Part shown: positions 29,292 through 37,988 of the stretch, in pieces
Position numbering within the stretch: the first letter of the stretch is position 1
How the letters are laid out: each line of letters starts with the position of its first letter
Assembly: GCA_001780955.1 (NCBI GenBank)
Contig: MFJR01000007.1
Coordinates: 75,053-139,052 of the forward strand
Reading direction: 5' to 3'
DNA from: Candidatus Gottesmanbacteria bacterium RIFCSPLOWO2_01_FULL_39_12b
Lineage (GTDB): Bacteria; Patescibacteriota; Microgenomatia; 2-02-FULL-39-11
Length of the DNA stretch: 64,000 nt
Position numbers and translations under genes: made by a program
Notes under the pieces: model-generated
Told to the model about the DNA's origin: nothing
Database searches by the model: none
The model's input: the letters and a program-made list of their open reading frames with translations, nothing else

Positions 29292-30254
29292 ATGTTTAAA
29301 TGGAAAAAATTAGGAAGAGTTTTTAACCCTACGAAATATAAGGATAAAAGTTGGATGCGCGAATTTGCACAAGCACCTTCTGTTCTAATTTTTGATAAAT
29401 TTGTCAGGGTTTTTTTTGCCTGCAGACCTCTACGTGATAAAAACAGACAATACGTCAGCTATACAGGTTTTGTTGACTTAAATAGATACAATTTATTTGA
29501 AATAATTAATATCTCTAAAAGGCCGATTTTACAGTTAGGGGAAAGGGGAACTTTTGATGAATTTGGTACTTATCCTGTGTCAGTAATAAGAAAAGATAAT
29601 GAAATAATAGCCTATTATGGTGGATGGACAAGATGCGAATCAATTCCTTATACCGTATCCATTGGAGTGGCTAAAAGCCATGATAATGGAGTACATTTTA
29701 CTAAATTTGGCAGAGGTCCATTACTATCCTCCAATATTCTTGATCCATATGTCGTAAGTGGTCCAAAAGTCAGAAGGTTTAACGAGCGATGGTACTTGTG
29801 GTATGTGGCTGGAACGAAGTGGTTAGAGACTAATAGTAAACCAGAGGCAGTCTATAAAATCAGAATGGCATATTCAGTTGATGGAATTAATTGGACAAGA
29901 AATGGTAAGAATTTGATTGAGAATAAAATAGAAAAAAATGAGTGTCAGGCAAGTCCGGATGTAATTTATTATAAAGAAAAATATCATATGTTTTTTTGCT
30001 ATAAATATAGTCTGAATTTTAGAAATAACAAGAGAGGTTATAAAATTGGTTATGCATATTCTGATGATCTGACGCATTGGATAAGGGATGATACAAAAGC
30101 AGGTATAGATATATCAAGAAAAGGTTGGGATGGTGAGTCAATCGCTTATCCCCATGTTTTTGAACTCGACAATAATCTTTATATGCTTTATTTAGGAAAT
30201 CAAGTTGGTAGATATGGTTTTGGATTGGCACAACTAGAAGATTATAAACAATAA
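29292..30254 (+). CDS. Beta-propeller glycosidase/phosphorylase-superfamily protein (GH130/GH43-like, DUF377-like), tandem copy 1
   Basis: 320 aa. WKKLGRVFNPTKY...FAQAPSVLIFDKFVRVFFA with recurring W/Y-rich blade-like segments. Paralog of the next ORF. Confidence 0.4.
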   Translation: MFKWKKLGRVFNPTKYKDKSWMREFAQAPSVLIFDKFVRVFFACRPLRDKNRQYVSYTGFVDLNRYNLFEIINISKRPILQLGERGTFDEFGTYPVSVIRKDNEIIAYYGGWTRCESIPYTVSIGVAKSHDNGVHFTKFGRGPLLSSNILDPYVVSGPKVRRFNERWYLWYVAGTKWLETNSKPEAVYKIRMAYSVDGINWTRNGKNLIENKIEKNECQASPDVIYYKEKYHMFFCYKYSLNFRNNKRGYKIGYAYSDDLTHWIRDDTKAGIDISRKGWDGESIAYPHVFELDNNLYMLYLGNQVGRYGFGLAQLEDYKQ

Positions 30255-30258
30255 AAAT

Positions 30259-31221
30259 ATGAAATGGAAAAAATTTGGCAAGATATTTGATCCTACAAGA
30301 CACAAATTATCAAATAATTGTGTTGAATTTGCTCAATCACCACAAGCATTAGTTTTCGATGATTATGTCAGGATTTATTTCTCAACAAGAGAAAAAGATA
30401 AAACCGGAAAATATTTAAGCCATATATCATTTATTGATATCGATAAAAAATTCAAGAATATAATCAATGTTTCTTCAGATACAGTAATTGAATTGGGTAA
30501 TTTAGGCTGCTATGACGAACATGGTATATTTCCATTAAATATTCTAAGAGATAGTAACAAAATACTTGGATATATTGGTGGTTGGAACAGGAGAGTTTCA
30601 GTGCAAACAGATGGTTCTATAGGTTTAGCAGTCAGCAATGATCAGGGTTTAACTTTTAAACGAATCGGAGATGGTCCTGTGCTAACATCATCACTTCATG
30701 AGCCTTTTATGATGGGTGATCCGTTTGTTCAAATGTATGATGGTATTTATCATATGTGGTATATATACGGTACTCAGTGGATAGAAGCTTCAAAGGAGAA
30801 GGAACCACAACGTGTGTATAAAATTGGACACGCTACATCACATAATGGAATTTCATGGCAAAAAGAAGGTAGGCAATTGATCGCTGACAAGCTGAATTTC
30901 AATGAATGCCAGGCCCTTCCTACGGTCATAAAAGTTAAAAATAAATATCACATGTTATTTTGTTACAGACAGGCAACTGACTTTAGAAAAAATAGAGAAC
31001 GTAGCTATAGAATTGGGTATGCTTTTTCAAAAGATTTAAAAGAGTGGACGAGAGATGATGATACTGTTGGAATTGATGTTTCGGAAGATGATTGGGATTG
31101 TGATATGCTTTGTTACCCTCATGTTTTTCGATGCGATGGGAAGATATATTTATTGTATAATGGAAATGAATTTGGACGATTTGGATTTGGTCTTGCAATA
31201 TTGGAAGATGTTGAAAATTAA
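30259..31221 (+). CDS. Beta-propeller glycosidase/phosphorylase-superfamily protein, tandem copy 2
   Basis: 320 aa. WKKFGKIFDPTRH...FAQSPQALVFDDYVRIYFS. Collinear with copy 1 (the NECQA, KYHM(F/L)FCY and AYPHVF / CYPHVF motifs are shared). Confidence 0.4.
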   Translation: MKWKKFGKIFDPTRHKLSNNCVEFAQSPQALVFDDYVRIYFSTREKDKTGKYLSHISFIDIDKKFKNIINVSSDTVIELGNLGCYDEHGIFPLNILRDSNKILGYIGGWNRRVSVQTDGSIGLAVSNDQGLTFKRIGDGPVLTSSLHEPFMMGDPFVQMYDGIYHMWYIYGTQWIEASKEKEPQRVYKIGHATSHNGISWQKEGRQLIADKLNFNECQALPTVIKVKNKYHMLFCYRQATDFRKNRERSYRIGYAFSKDLKEWTRDDDTVGIDVSEDDWDCDMLCYPHVFRCDGKIYLLYNGNEFGRFGFGLAILEDVEN

Positions 31222-31259
31222 ATATCAATTCAAAGATAATAAAACAAAGAAAAATACCA

Positions 31260-31817
31260 ATGAATATTAAAGGGAAAATAGTAACTTTAAGAGCTATAGA
31301 AGAGACTGATCTCAATCTTCTTCATAAATGGGCAAATGATCCTGAAATACAGGATATTATGGGCGTTATTCACTTCCCAAGTTCCATGGATTTCCATAGA
31401 TTATGGTTTCAAAACCTTAAGAGTGATCTTTTAAATCAACGGTTTGCTATTAATATGTCTGGTATTGGTTTGATTGGAATTTCAAGTCTAATGAGTATTG
31501 ACTGGCGAAATAATCATGCATGGCATGGAATAATGTTAGGAGACGCAAAAATTCGGGGAAAAGGATATGGTGTTGATGCAGTTATGGCTACGATGCGGTA
31601 TGCGTTTGAAGAATTACATTTTGAACGGCTTGATGGTTCAATAATTGAAAATAATAACATATCTTATTCCTTTTATTGTAATAAGTTAGGTTGGAAAGAA
31701 GAGGGTTTGAGAAGAAACTGGTATTTCAGGAGAGGTCGGTATTGGGATCAAATAATTGTAGGTATCACAAAGAAAGACTATGAGCAACTTGTGCAAAAAA
31801 CGAGATATTGGGACTAA
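31260..31817 (+). CDS. GNAT family N-acetyl/acyltransferase (RimJ/RimL-like)
   Basis: 185 aa. KIVTLRAIEETDLNLLHKWANDPEI...LHFERLDGSIIENNNISYSFYCNKLGWKEEGLRRNWYF: GNAT fold motifs. Confidence 0.75.
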   Translation: MNIKGKIVTLRAIEETDLNLLHKWANDPEIQDIMGVIHFPSSMDFHRLWFQNLKSDLLNQRFAINMSGIGLIGISSLMSIDWRNNHAWHGIMLGDAKIRGKGYGVDAVMATMRYAFEELHFERLDGSIIENNNISYSFYCNKLGWKEEGLRRNWYFRRGRYWDQIIVGITKKDYEQLVQKTRYWD

Positions 31818-33115
31818 GCAGCTGAAAAAAAGAAGGAAAAAGGTAATAAGTCTAAAAACAGTTGCCATTATCGGTGCAAATGGGACAATGGGTGCAATGA
31901 CAGGAGGACTTTTTGCGCAATGTGGTTTTAGGGTCTACTTTATCAGTAAAACAATTGAAAAATCCAAAATTGGAATGCAAAAAGCATTCCATCAGGCACA
32001 ATCTGAAATAATCGGCAAAAATATAATTTGTTCTGGCTATTCAGAAATTTCGCACATACTTCCCAAATGTAACTGGATTATCGAGTGTGTCAAAGAGGAT
32101 ATTGACGTAAAAAAAGCAACGTATAAAGTAATTGATACCTATAGAAAAAAAGGGTCCGTAGTTAGCTCAATGACATCAAGTCTTCCTTTACCAAAAATAA
32201 TCGAAGGCACGAGTGATGATCTAAGACGAAACTTTATCGGATTTCATCTATTTAATCCTCCAAATAAATTAACGCTTTGTGAAATTGCCCCAATAAAAGA
32301 TACAGATAAAGCAGTTGTAGATCTTGTTTCAAAAATTGCTCAGAAATATCTTTTTCGTACAGTAATTCCTGTTCGTAATGTAGCTGGTTATGTAGGAAAT
32401 AGAATAGGATTTAAATTTTTCTCAGATGTCACTAAAGAAGTACCCAAATATGGTGTTGAAATGATAGATTATTTACTTGGTCCATATATTGGAAGAGCTA
32501 TGTCACCACTTGCGACATTAGATTTAATTGGCATAGACAATTATACGTAGTCTTATGACTCATATTGTTGACGGTAAATCAGATGAATTTATGCTTCCCC
32601 ATTTTATTAATACGATGGTAGAATTAGGACGCTTAGGAAATAAAACTCCAGATAAGGGCGGATTTTATAAACGTAAATACGATAAGTCAAAAACAGTTCT
32701 TAACATTAAGTCTTTTACTTATGCAAGTGTTTCATGTGTCAAAATTCCTTTTGTGGAACAAGCAAAACAATATATAAGAGAAGGCAGATATTTTGATGCT
32801 TTCACTGAAATTAAAAAAAGCAGTGAAAAAAAAGCTGATTTTATTCGCAAAATTTTATGTTCTTACGTAGCTTATTCTTTTGCGTGTGTGGGTGAAGTAA
32901 CACACAAAAAATATGGAATAGAATTGATTGATAAAGCCATGGCGTATGGCTTTAATTGGGCTCCTCCTACTCTCATTATGCAATTGTTTGGAGGAAAAAA
33001 AGAAATCATACCATTGCTTAAACACTACTCTATAGAAATCCCAAACTCCTTACTGGAATTTTCTGAATTGCCTTTATTTAACCCACGTCATGGTATATAC
33101 TTTCTTGCCAAATGA
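31780..33115 (+). pseudogene. 3-hydroxyacyl-CoA dehydrogenase (Hbd/FadB-like) split into two ORFs (31780-32550 and 32555-33115) by a frameshift plus stop inside the conserved LDLIGLD motif
   Basis: ORF 1: AIIGANGTMGAMTGGLFAQCG (NAD-binding GxGxxG) ... ATLDLIGIDNYT*. ORF 2 is in a different frame: MTHIVDG...LGRLGNKTPDKGGFYKRKYD (3HCDH C-terminal domain motif LGRKSGKGFYDY). Together they are collinear with an intact enzyme. Confidence 0.6.
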
Positions 33116-33128
33116 AAAACTTAAACCT

Positions 33129-34361
33129 ATGAATCAGAAACCTGTATACATATTGGGTGGTTATCAAACGGATTTCGCAAGAAATTGGTCTAAAGAGAAT
33201 AAACATATCGTTGCGATGATACGCGAAGTTCTTGAAGGAGGGATAATGGAGACGTTGCTTCCTATAGAGGATATTAATGCTGCTTTTGTCGCTAACTTTG
33301 CTGGAGAACTTTATGTAAATCAAGGATTACTCGGCGCATTCCTGGTTGAAGCAGATTCACGACTTACGGGTATTCCTTCTACGAGAGTGGAAGCTGCTTG
33401 TGCGTCTGGTTCCGTAGCAATATTAAATGCAATCGCATTTATTCAAGCGGGAATTTATGATGTAGTGTGGGTAGTTGGAGTTGAACAGATGAAAACTGTC
33501 GGTGGGCAAGAAGGTTCTAAGTATTTAGGCAGAGCTGCTTGGTATGAAAAAGAAGCTAAAGATATTGATTTTCCATTCCCAAAACTTTTTGGAAGGCTTG
33601 TTGATGTATATGATAAGCGGTATGGCATAGAAACAAAATATTTAGCAGCTATAGCAGAGAAAAATTATGCAAATGCAAAGAGAAATCCCAATGCGCAAAC
33701 CAGGAATTGGTACATGAGTTTTGATCATGCGAACACTATTGGAGAATATAATCGTATTTTGTCTGGAAAGTTGAGATTAACTGATTGTTCTCACGTTACC
33801 GATGGGGCAGTTTCGCTCTTTCTAGCCTCATCTGATTATACTAAAAAGCATGCAAAGAAACATAATAAAAAACTTGAATCTATTCCCCGCATATTGGGAT
33901 GGGGACAAACAACCGCTCCTGTGGAATTCGATAAAAAAATTCGGGAGTCAGAGAAAGATAACTATGTTCTCCTTTATACTCGTAAAGCTATACTTCATGC
34001 CTTCAAAAAATCTGGAGTTAAAAATTGTTGGGATTTAGATCTTGTTGAAACACATGATTGTTTTACCTCAGCAGAATATATGGCGATTGACCATTTTGGT
34101 TTGACAGCGCCTGGAGAATCATGGAAGGCGATAGAGAATGGAGTTGTTAATTTCAATGGTAAACTTCCATTTAATCCATCAGGGGGACTGATAGGCGTTG
34201 GACATCCGGTTGGCGCCACAGGTGTTCGTCAAATACTGGATGCTTTCAAACAGGTAAACAATACGGCCAAAGATTATCAAATTGAAAACGCCAGAAAGGT
34301 TGCCACTCTAAATATTGGTGGATCAGCAACAACCAATGTGTGCATGATTATCGGAAAATAA
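33129..34361 (+). CDS. Thiolase-family protein (SCP-x / archaeal-type acetyl-CoA C-acyltransferase-like)
   Basis: Active-site region VEAACASGSVAILNA and C-terminal GGLIGVGHPVGATGVRQI...NIGGSATTNVC. The ORF track starts at 33090. An ATG at 33129 (MNQKPVYILGG) just after the upstream stop looks more likely. Confidence 0.75.
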   Translation: MNQKPVYILGGYQTDFARNWSKENKHIVAMIREVLEGGIMETLLPIEDINAAFVANFAGELYVNQGLLGAFLVEADSRLTGIPSTRVEAACASGSVAILNAIAFIQAGIYDVVWVVGVEQMKTVGGQEGSKYLGRAAWYEKEAKDIDFPFPKLFGRLVDVYDKRYGIETKYLAAIAEKNYANAKRNPNAQTRNWYMSFDHANTIGEYNRILSGKLRLTDCSHVTDGAVSLFLASSDYTKKHAKKHNKKLESIPRILGWGQTTAPVEFDKKIRESEKDNYVLLYTRKAILHAFKKSGVKNCWDLDLVETHDCFTSAEYMAIDHFGLTAPGESWKAIENGVVNFNGKLPFNPSGGLIGVGHPVGATGVRQILDAFKQVNNTAKDYQIENARKVATLNIGGSATTNVCMIIGK

Positions 34362-34375
34362 AATCTTTCTTTAAT

Positions 34376-35119
34376 ATGAAAATAAGAAGAGACTACGACA
34401 AAGAACTAAAAAATGCGAATGGTTATAAGTATGCATATAATTTTGATTTGGATGTTATGCACCCATTTATGATCCGAGCCTTTGAACCTTTTTTAAGACA
34501 AGGAAATTTACTGGAGTTAGGAAGTTACCAAGGGAATTTTACAAAAAGACTTTTACCGTATTTCAATGATATAACTTGTGTGGAAGCATCAGATGAAATA
34601 ATTGCTCTTGCAAAAAAAAGATTAGGGAATAAAGTTAAGTTTATACATTCAATTTTCGAAACAGCAAGTTTACCTTCAAAATACGATAATATCATACTAA
34701 CTCATACGCTTGAACATCTTGATAATCCTGTGCTGGTTTTAAAAAGAATAAATAATGAGTGGTTGTCAGAAAAAGGCAGATTCTTTTTGGTTTGCCCCAA
34801 TGCCAATGCACCTTCCAGACAAATTGCCGTCAAAATGGGTTTAATAAGCCATAATACGGCGGTAACTCCGTCAGAAGTAAAACATGGTCATAGAACCACG
34901 TACACTCTTGATACATTAGAGAGAGATGCAAAGGCCGGGGGACTAAATGTAGTTTATCGTTCTGGTATTTTTTTTAAAGCTTTTGCAAATTTTCAATGGG
35001 ACAGGCTGCTTAAGACAGATATTATTTCCCAAGAATATTTAGAAGGATGCTACGTATTAGGACAACAATACCCGGACTTATGTTCCAGTATTTTTTTACT
35101 GTGTGAAAAAGGAAAATAA
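34376..35119 (+). CDS. Class I SAM-dependent methyltransferase
   Basis: LLELGSYQGNFTKRLLPYFNDITCVEASDEIIALAKKRLG (motif I/II). The track ORF starts at 34340. The ATG at 34376, after the thiolase stop, is preferred. Confidence 0.7.
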   Translation: MKIRRDYDKELKNANGYKYAYNFDLDVMHPFMIRAFEPFLRQGNLLELGSYQGNFTKRLLPYFNDITCVEASDEIIALAKKRLGNKVKFIHSIFETASLPSKYDNIILTHTLEHLDNPVLVLKRINNEWLSEKGRFFLVCPNANAPSRQIAVKMGLISHNTAVTPSEVKHGHRTTYTLDTLERDAKAGGLNVVYRSGIFFKAFANFQWDRLLKTDIISQEYLEGCYVLGQQYPDLCSSIFLLCEKGK

Positions 35120-35120
35120 T

Positions 35121-36041
35121 ATGAAAATATCCTTCTCTATCGCGGTGTATCGTAATGAAGGATCAATTAGGAAAACATATGAAAAAATCAAGAAGATTTT
35201 TGCTACTACGCTTAAAAATTATCAATACGAGTTTGTTTTTGTAGATGACGGTTCAGGCGATAATTCTTTAAAGGAAATACTAGATATTAAGGAGCATGAT
35301 TCAAAGGTTAAGGTAATTGCGTTTACGAGGAATTTTGGTCAAATGGCTGCCATGCTTGCGGGACTGAAAGAAGCAAGTGGGGATGCGGTTATAAACATAT
35401 CAGCAGATATGCAGGATCCTATTAGCCTTATTCCTCAAATGGCGGAAAAATGGAAAGAGGGATCAGAGATAGTTGTTTGCTACCGTATTAACAGGCAAGA
35501 TAATTTTGCCGCCAAATTATTTTCGCGTTGTGCCTATTCACTGTTAAGATTATCTATTCCTCAAATACCGGTAGGAGGGTTTGACTATGTTCTTATGGAT
35601 AGAGCGGTATTAGATGTGTTTAATTCTATTGATGTGCGCAACAGATTTTTCCAGGGTGATTTACTTTGGGCGGGTTTCAGAACGAGTTTCATTCCATACG
35701 TTCGTCTTAAACGGTTAATTGGTAAATCACAGTATAGTTGGGGAAAAAAGCTTAAAAATTTTTTAGATGCTTTTCTTGATTCTTCATACCTTTCAATCCG
35801 CCTTATTTCACTCATTGGTATTCTTATATCGTGTTTGGGTGTGATATATAGCATAACTATTGTTTATAGCTGGCTCAGGGGCGGTACGCCTTTTACTGGT
35901 TGGGCTCCGATTATGATTTCTATTTTATTTGTAGGCGGATTGATTATGGTGATGCTTGGTGTAATTGGTGAATATATCTGGCGGATATATGACGAGGTTC
36001 GTAAGAAGCCAAATTACATTATTAGAAAGAAATATCTATAA
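35121..36041 (+). CDS. Polyprenol-phosphate glycosyltransferase, GT2 with C-terminal TM helices (GtrB/ArnC/CsbB/DPM1-like), copy 1
   Basis: MKISFSIAVYRNEGSI...FVFVDDGSGDNSL...FTRNFGQMAAMLAGL...ADMQDP, plus two C-terminal hydrophobic helices. AGGA-like RBS 8 nt upstream of the ATG at 35121 (the track start at 35103 overlaps the upstream gene). Confidence 0.8.
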   Translation: MKISFSIAVYRNEGSIRKTYEKIKKIFATTLKNYQYEFVFVDDGSGDNSLKEILDIKEHDSKVKVIAFTRNFGQMAAMLAGLKEASGDAVINISADMQDPISLIPQMAEKWKEGSEIVVCYRINRQDNFAAKLFSRCAYSLLRLSIPQIPVGGFDYVLMDRAVLDVFNSIDVRNRFFQGDLLWAGFRTSFIPYVRLKRLIGKSQYSWGKKLKNFLDAFLDSSYLSIRLISLIGILISCLGVIYSITIVYSWLRGGTPFTGWAPIMISILFVGGLIMVMLGVIGEYIWRIYDEVRKKPNYIIRKKYL

Positions 36042-36043
36042 GT

Positions 36044-36057
36044 CTTGTAGCTACAAG
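36044..36057. other. Perfect 14-bp palindrome CTTGTAGCTACAAG (extends imperfectly to ~19 bp) immediately after the GtrB-like gene stop
   Basis: Read directly from sequence. Possible operator or weak terminator hairpin. No downstream T-tract. Confidence 0.2.
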
Positions 36058-36083
36058 GACAGAAACGACATAGATATACAGAA

Positions 36084-37208
36084 ATGAAACCATTCTCAAA
36101 ACCTATTTATATTACCCGGCCTCTGATGCCCCCGTTGCATAAATTTACCGCCAAACTACGGCAAATTTGGAAAAGTAAATGGCTATCAAATAACGGAATA
36201 CAGCTTCAAACGCTAGAGAAAAAAATTCAGAGAGTTCTAAAAGTTCCCCATATATCCTTATTTAATAACGGAACTATTGCACTGCTTACTGCTATTAAAA
36301 GTTTGAATCTCAAGGGAGAAGTTATTACAACACCTTTTACATTTCCGGCGACTCCTAACTGTCTTACTTGGTGCAATATTACACCTGTATTTTGTGATAT
36401 TGATTCCGTAACCATGAACATTGATCCTGCGAAAATAGAAAAAAATATAAATAAGAAAACTACCGGGATTTTGGCGGTTCACGTATTCGGATCACCATGT
36501 GATGTACCTACGATTCAGAAAATAGCTGAAAGAAATAGTTTAAAAGTTGTCTATGATGCCGCCCACGGCTTTGAAATCGAAATTAATAATATTGGAATCG
36601 GAAATTTTGGAGACATTTCAATGTTTAGTTTTCATCCGACAAAATTATTTCATACAGGAGAAGGTGGGGCACTTACCTGTAAGGACAAGATTCTTAAAAA
36701 GAAAATTGATTTACTGAGAAATTTTGGGATAAAAAATGAAGAGGAAGTTCTATTACCCGGGATAAACGGTAAGATGAACGAATTGATATCTGCGTTTGGA
36801 CATGTTCTTCTTCCGCTTGTTAAGGCTGAACAAAAGAGGCGAAAACGAATAAGCGAACTCTATAAACGCTATATAGATAATATACCTGGAGTTACCTATC
36901 AGAAAGATATACCCATGGTAAAAACTAATTATCAATATTTTGTAATCAGAATTAACAGTAGAATATTTGGGCGTTCGCGTAATGACGTATATAATATTTT
37001 TCGAACATATAACATATATGCAAGGAAGTATTTTTTTCCTCTTTGCAGCCAGTATCCATATTACAAGCATTTACCCTCTTCCAATCCGAAAAATTTACCA
37101 AACGCCCATAGGATAGCCGATGAAGTTCTAGCTCTGCCATTTTACGGACAGCTATCAATAAGTGAAGCGGAAAAAATTATTTCACTCTTAAAGTCATTAG
37201 GGAAATAG
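36084..37208 (+). CDS. DegT/DnrJ/EryC1/StrS-family PLP-dependent sugar aminotransferase
   Basis: 374 aa. LFNNGTIALLTAIKSL, DAAHGFE, and FSFHPTKLFHTGEGGAL (lysine retained). Confidence 0.85.
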   Translation: MKPFSKPIYITRPLMPPLHKFTAKLRQIWKSKWLSNNGIQLQTLEKKIQRVLKVPHISLFNNGTIALLTAIKSLNLKGEVITTPFTFPATPNCLTWCNITPVFCDIDSVTMNIDPAKIEKNINKKTTGILAVHVFGSPCDVPTIQKIAERNSLKVVYDAAHGFEIEINNIGIGNFGDISMFSFHPTKLFHTGEGGALTCKDKILKKKIDLLRNFGIKNEEEVLLPGINGKMNELISAFGHVLLPLVKAEQKRRKRISELYKRYIDNIPGVTYQKDIPMVKTNYQYFVIRINSRIFGRSRNDVYNIFRTYNIYARKYFFPLCSQYPYYKHLPSSNPKNLPNAHRIADEVLALPFYGQLSISEAEKIISLLKSLGK

Positions 37209-37209
37209 T

Positions 37210-37959
37210 ATGGATAAGAAGGATAAATATGTGCATAGTATGGATTGGACACAAAAAGCAGGAAACTACGAACTGCATAATTATCGAAAATATCAATACG
37301 ATCTTATTGCCAAATATATCGGAAATAATATTCTAGAGGTAGGAAGTGGAGAAAAAGGATTCACGAACGAAATAGTAAAAAATGCTAAAAATATTAAAAG
37401 ATTAATCTCAATAGAACCGTCTAAAACTCTTTTTTACCTTCATAAAAATAAACACCAATTTCCTGATTATGTTTCTTTTCATATGAAAGACCTTTTTGAT
37501 CTGAGTCTCAAAACATTCGGATCTTTTGATACAGTATTGTTTATCCATACACTGGAACACATAAAGGAAGATAAAAAAGCTTTGGATAAAGCCTGCGAGC
37601 TTCTGAGATCCGGGGGCTTTATCTTAATTGAAGTCCCGGCACTGCAATTTTTATTTTCTTCTCATGACAAAGCCTTGGGTCATTACCGCAGGTACAGAAA
37701 ACAACATTTACTATCTTTGATAGACAAAAAAAAATTAACAGTAGTAGATATGTGGTATCAGGATTTTTTGGGCATGTTAGGATCATTATTATTTTTTAAA
37801 TTTAAGAAGATAACCCTGAACTCAAGCTCCGGAGTCAATCTTGTAAAGAACCAAGGAAGATTGTACGACAACTACGTAGTTCCTCTTCAATGTTTCATCG
37901 AAAAACACGTTAGATTACCTATAGGATTAAGCTTAACCGCAGTACTTGAAAAAAAATAA
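37210..37959 (+). CDS. Class I SAM-dependent methyltransferase
   Basis: ILEVGSGEKGFTNEIV...LISIEPS...VLFIHTLEHI. Confidence 0.7.
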   Translation: MDKKDKYVHSMDWTQKAGNYELHNYRKYQYDLIAKYIGNNILEVGSGEKGFTNEIVKNAKNIKRLISIEPSKTLFYLHKNKHQFPDYVSFHMKDLFDLSLKTFGSFDTVLFIHTLEHIKEDKKALDKACELLRSGGFILIEVPALQFLFSSHDKALGHYRRYRKQHLLSLIDKKKLTVVDMWYQDFLGMLGSLLFFKFKKITLNSSSGVNLVKNQGRLYDNYVVPLQCFIEKHVRLPIGLSLTAVLEKK

Positions 37960-37988
37960 TTATCAATATTGATATGTATGAATGATCT

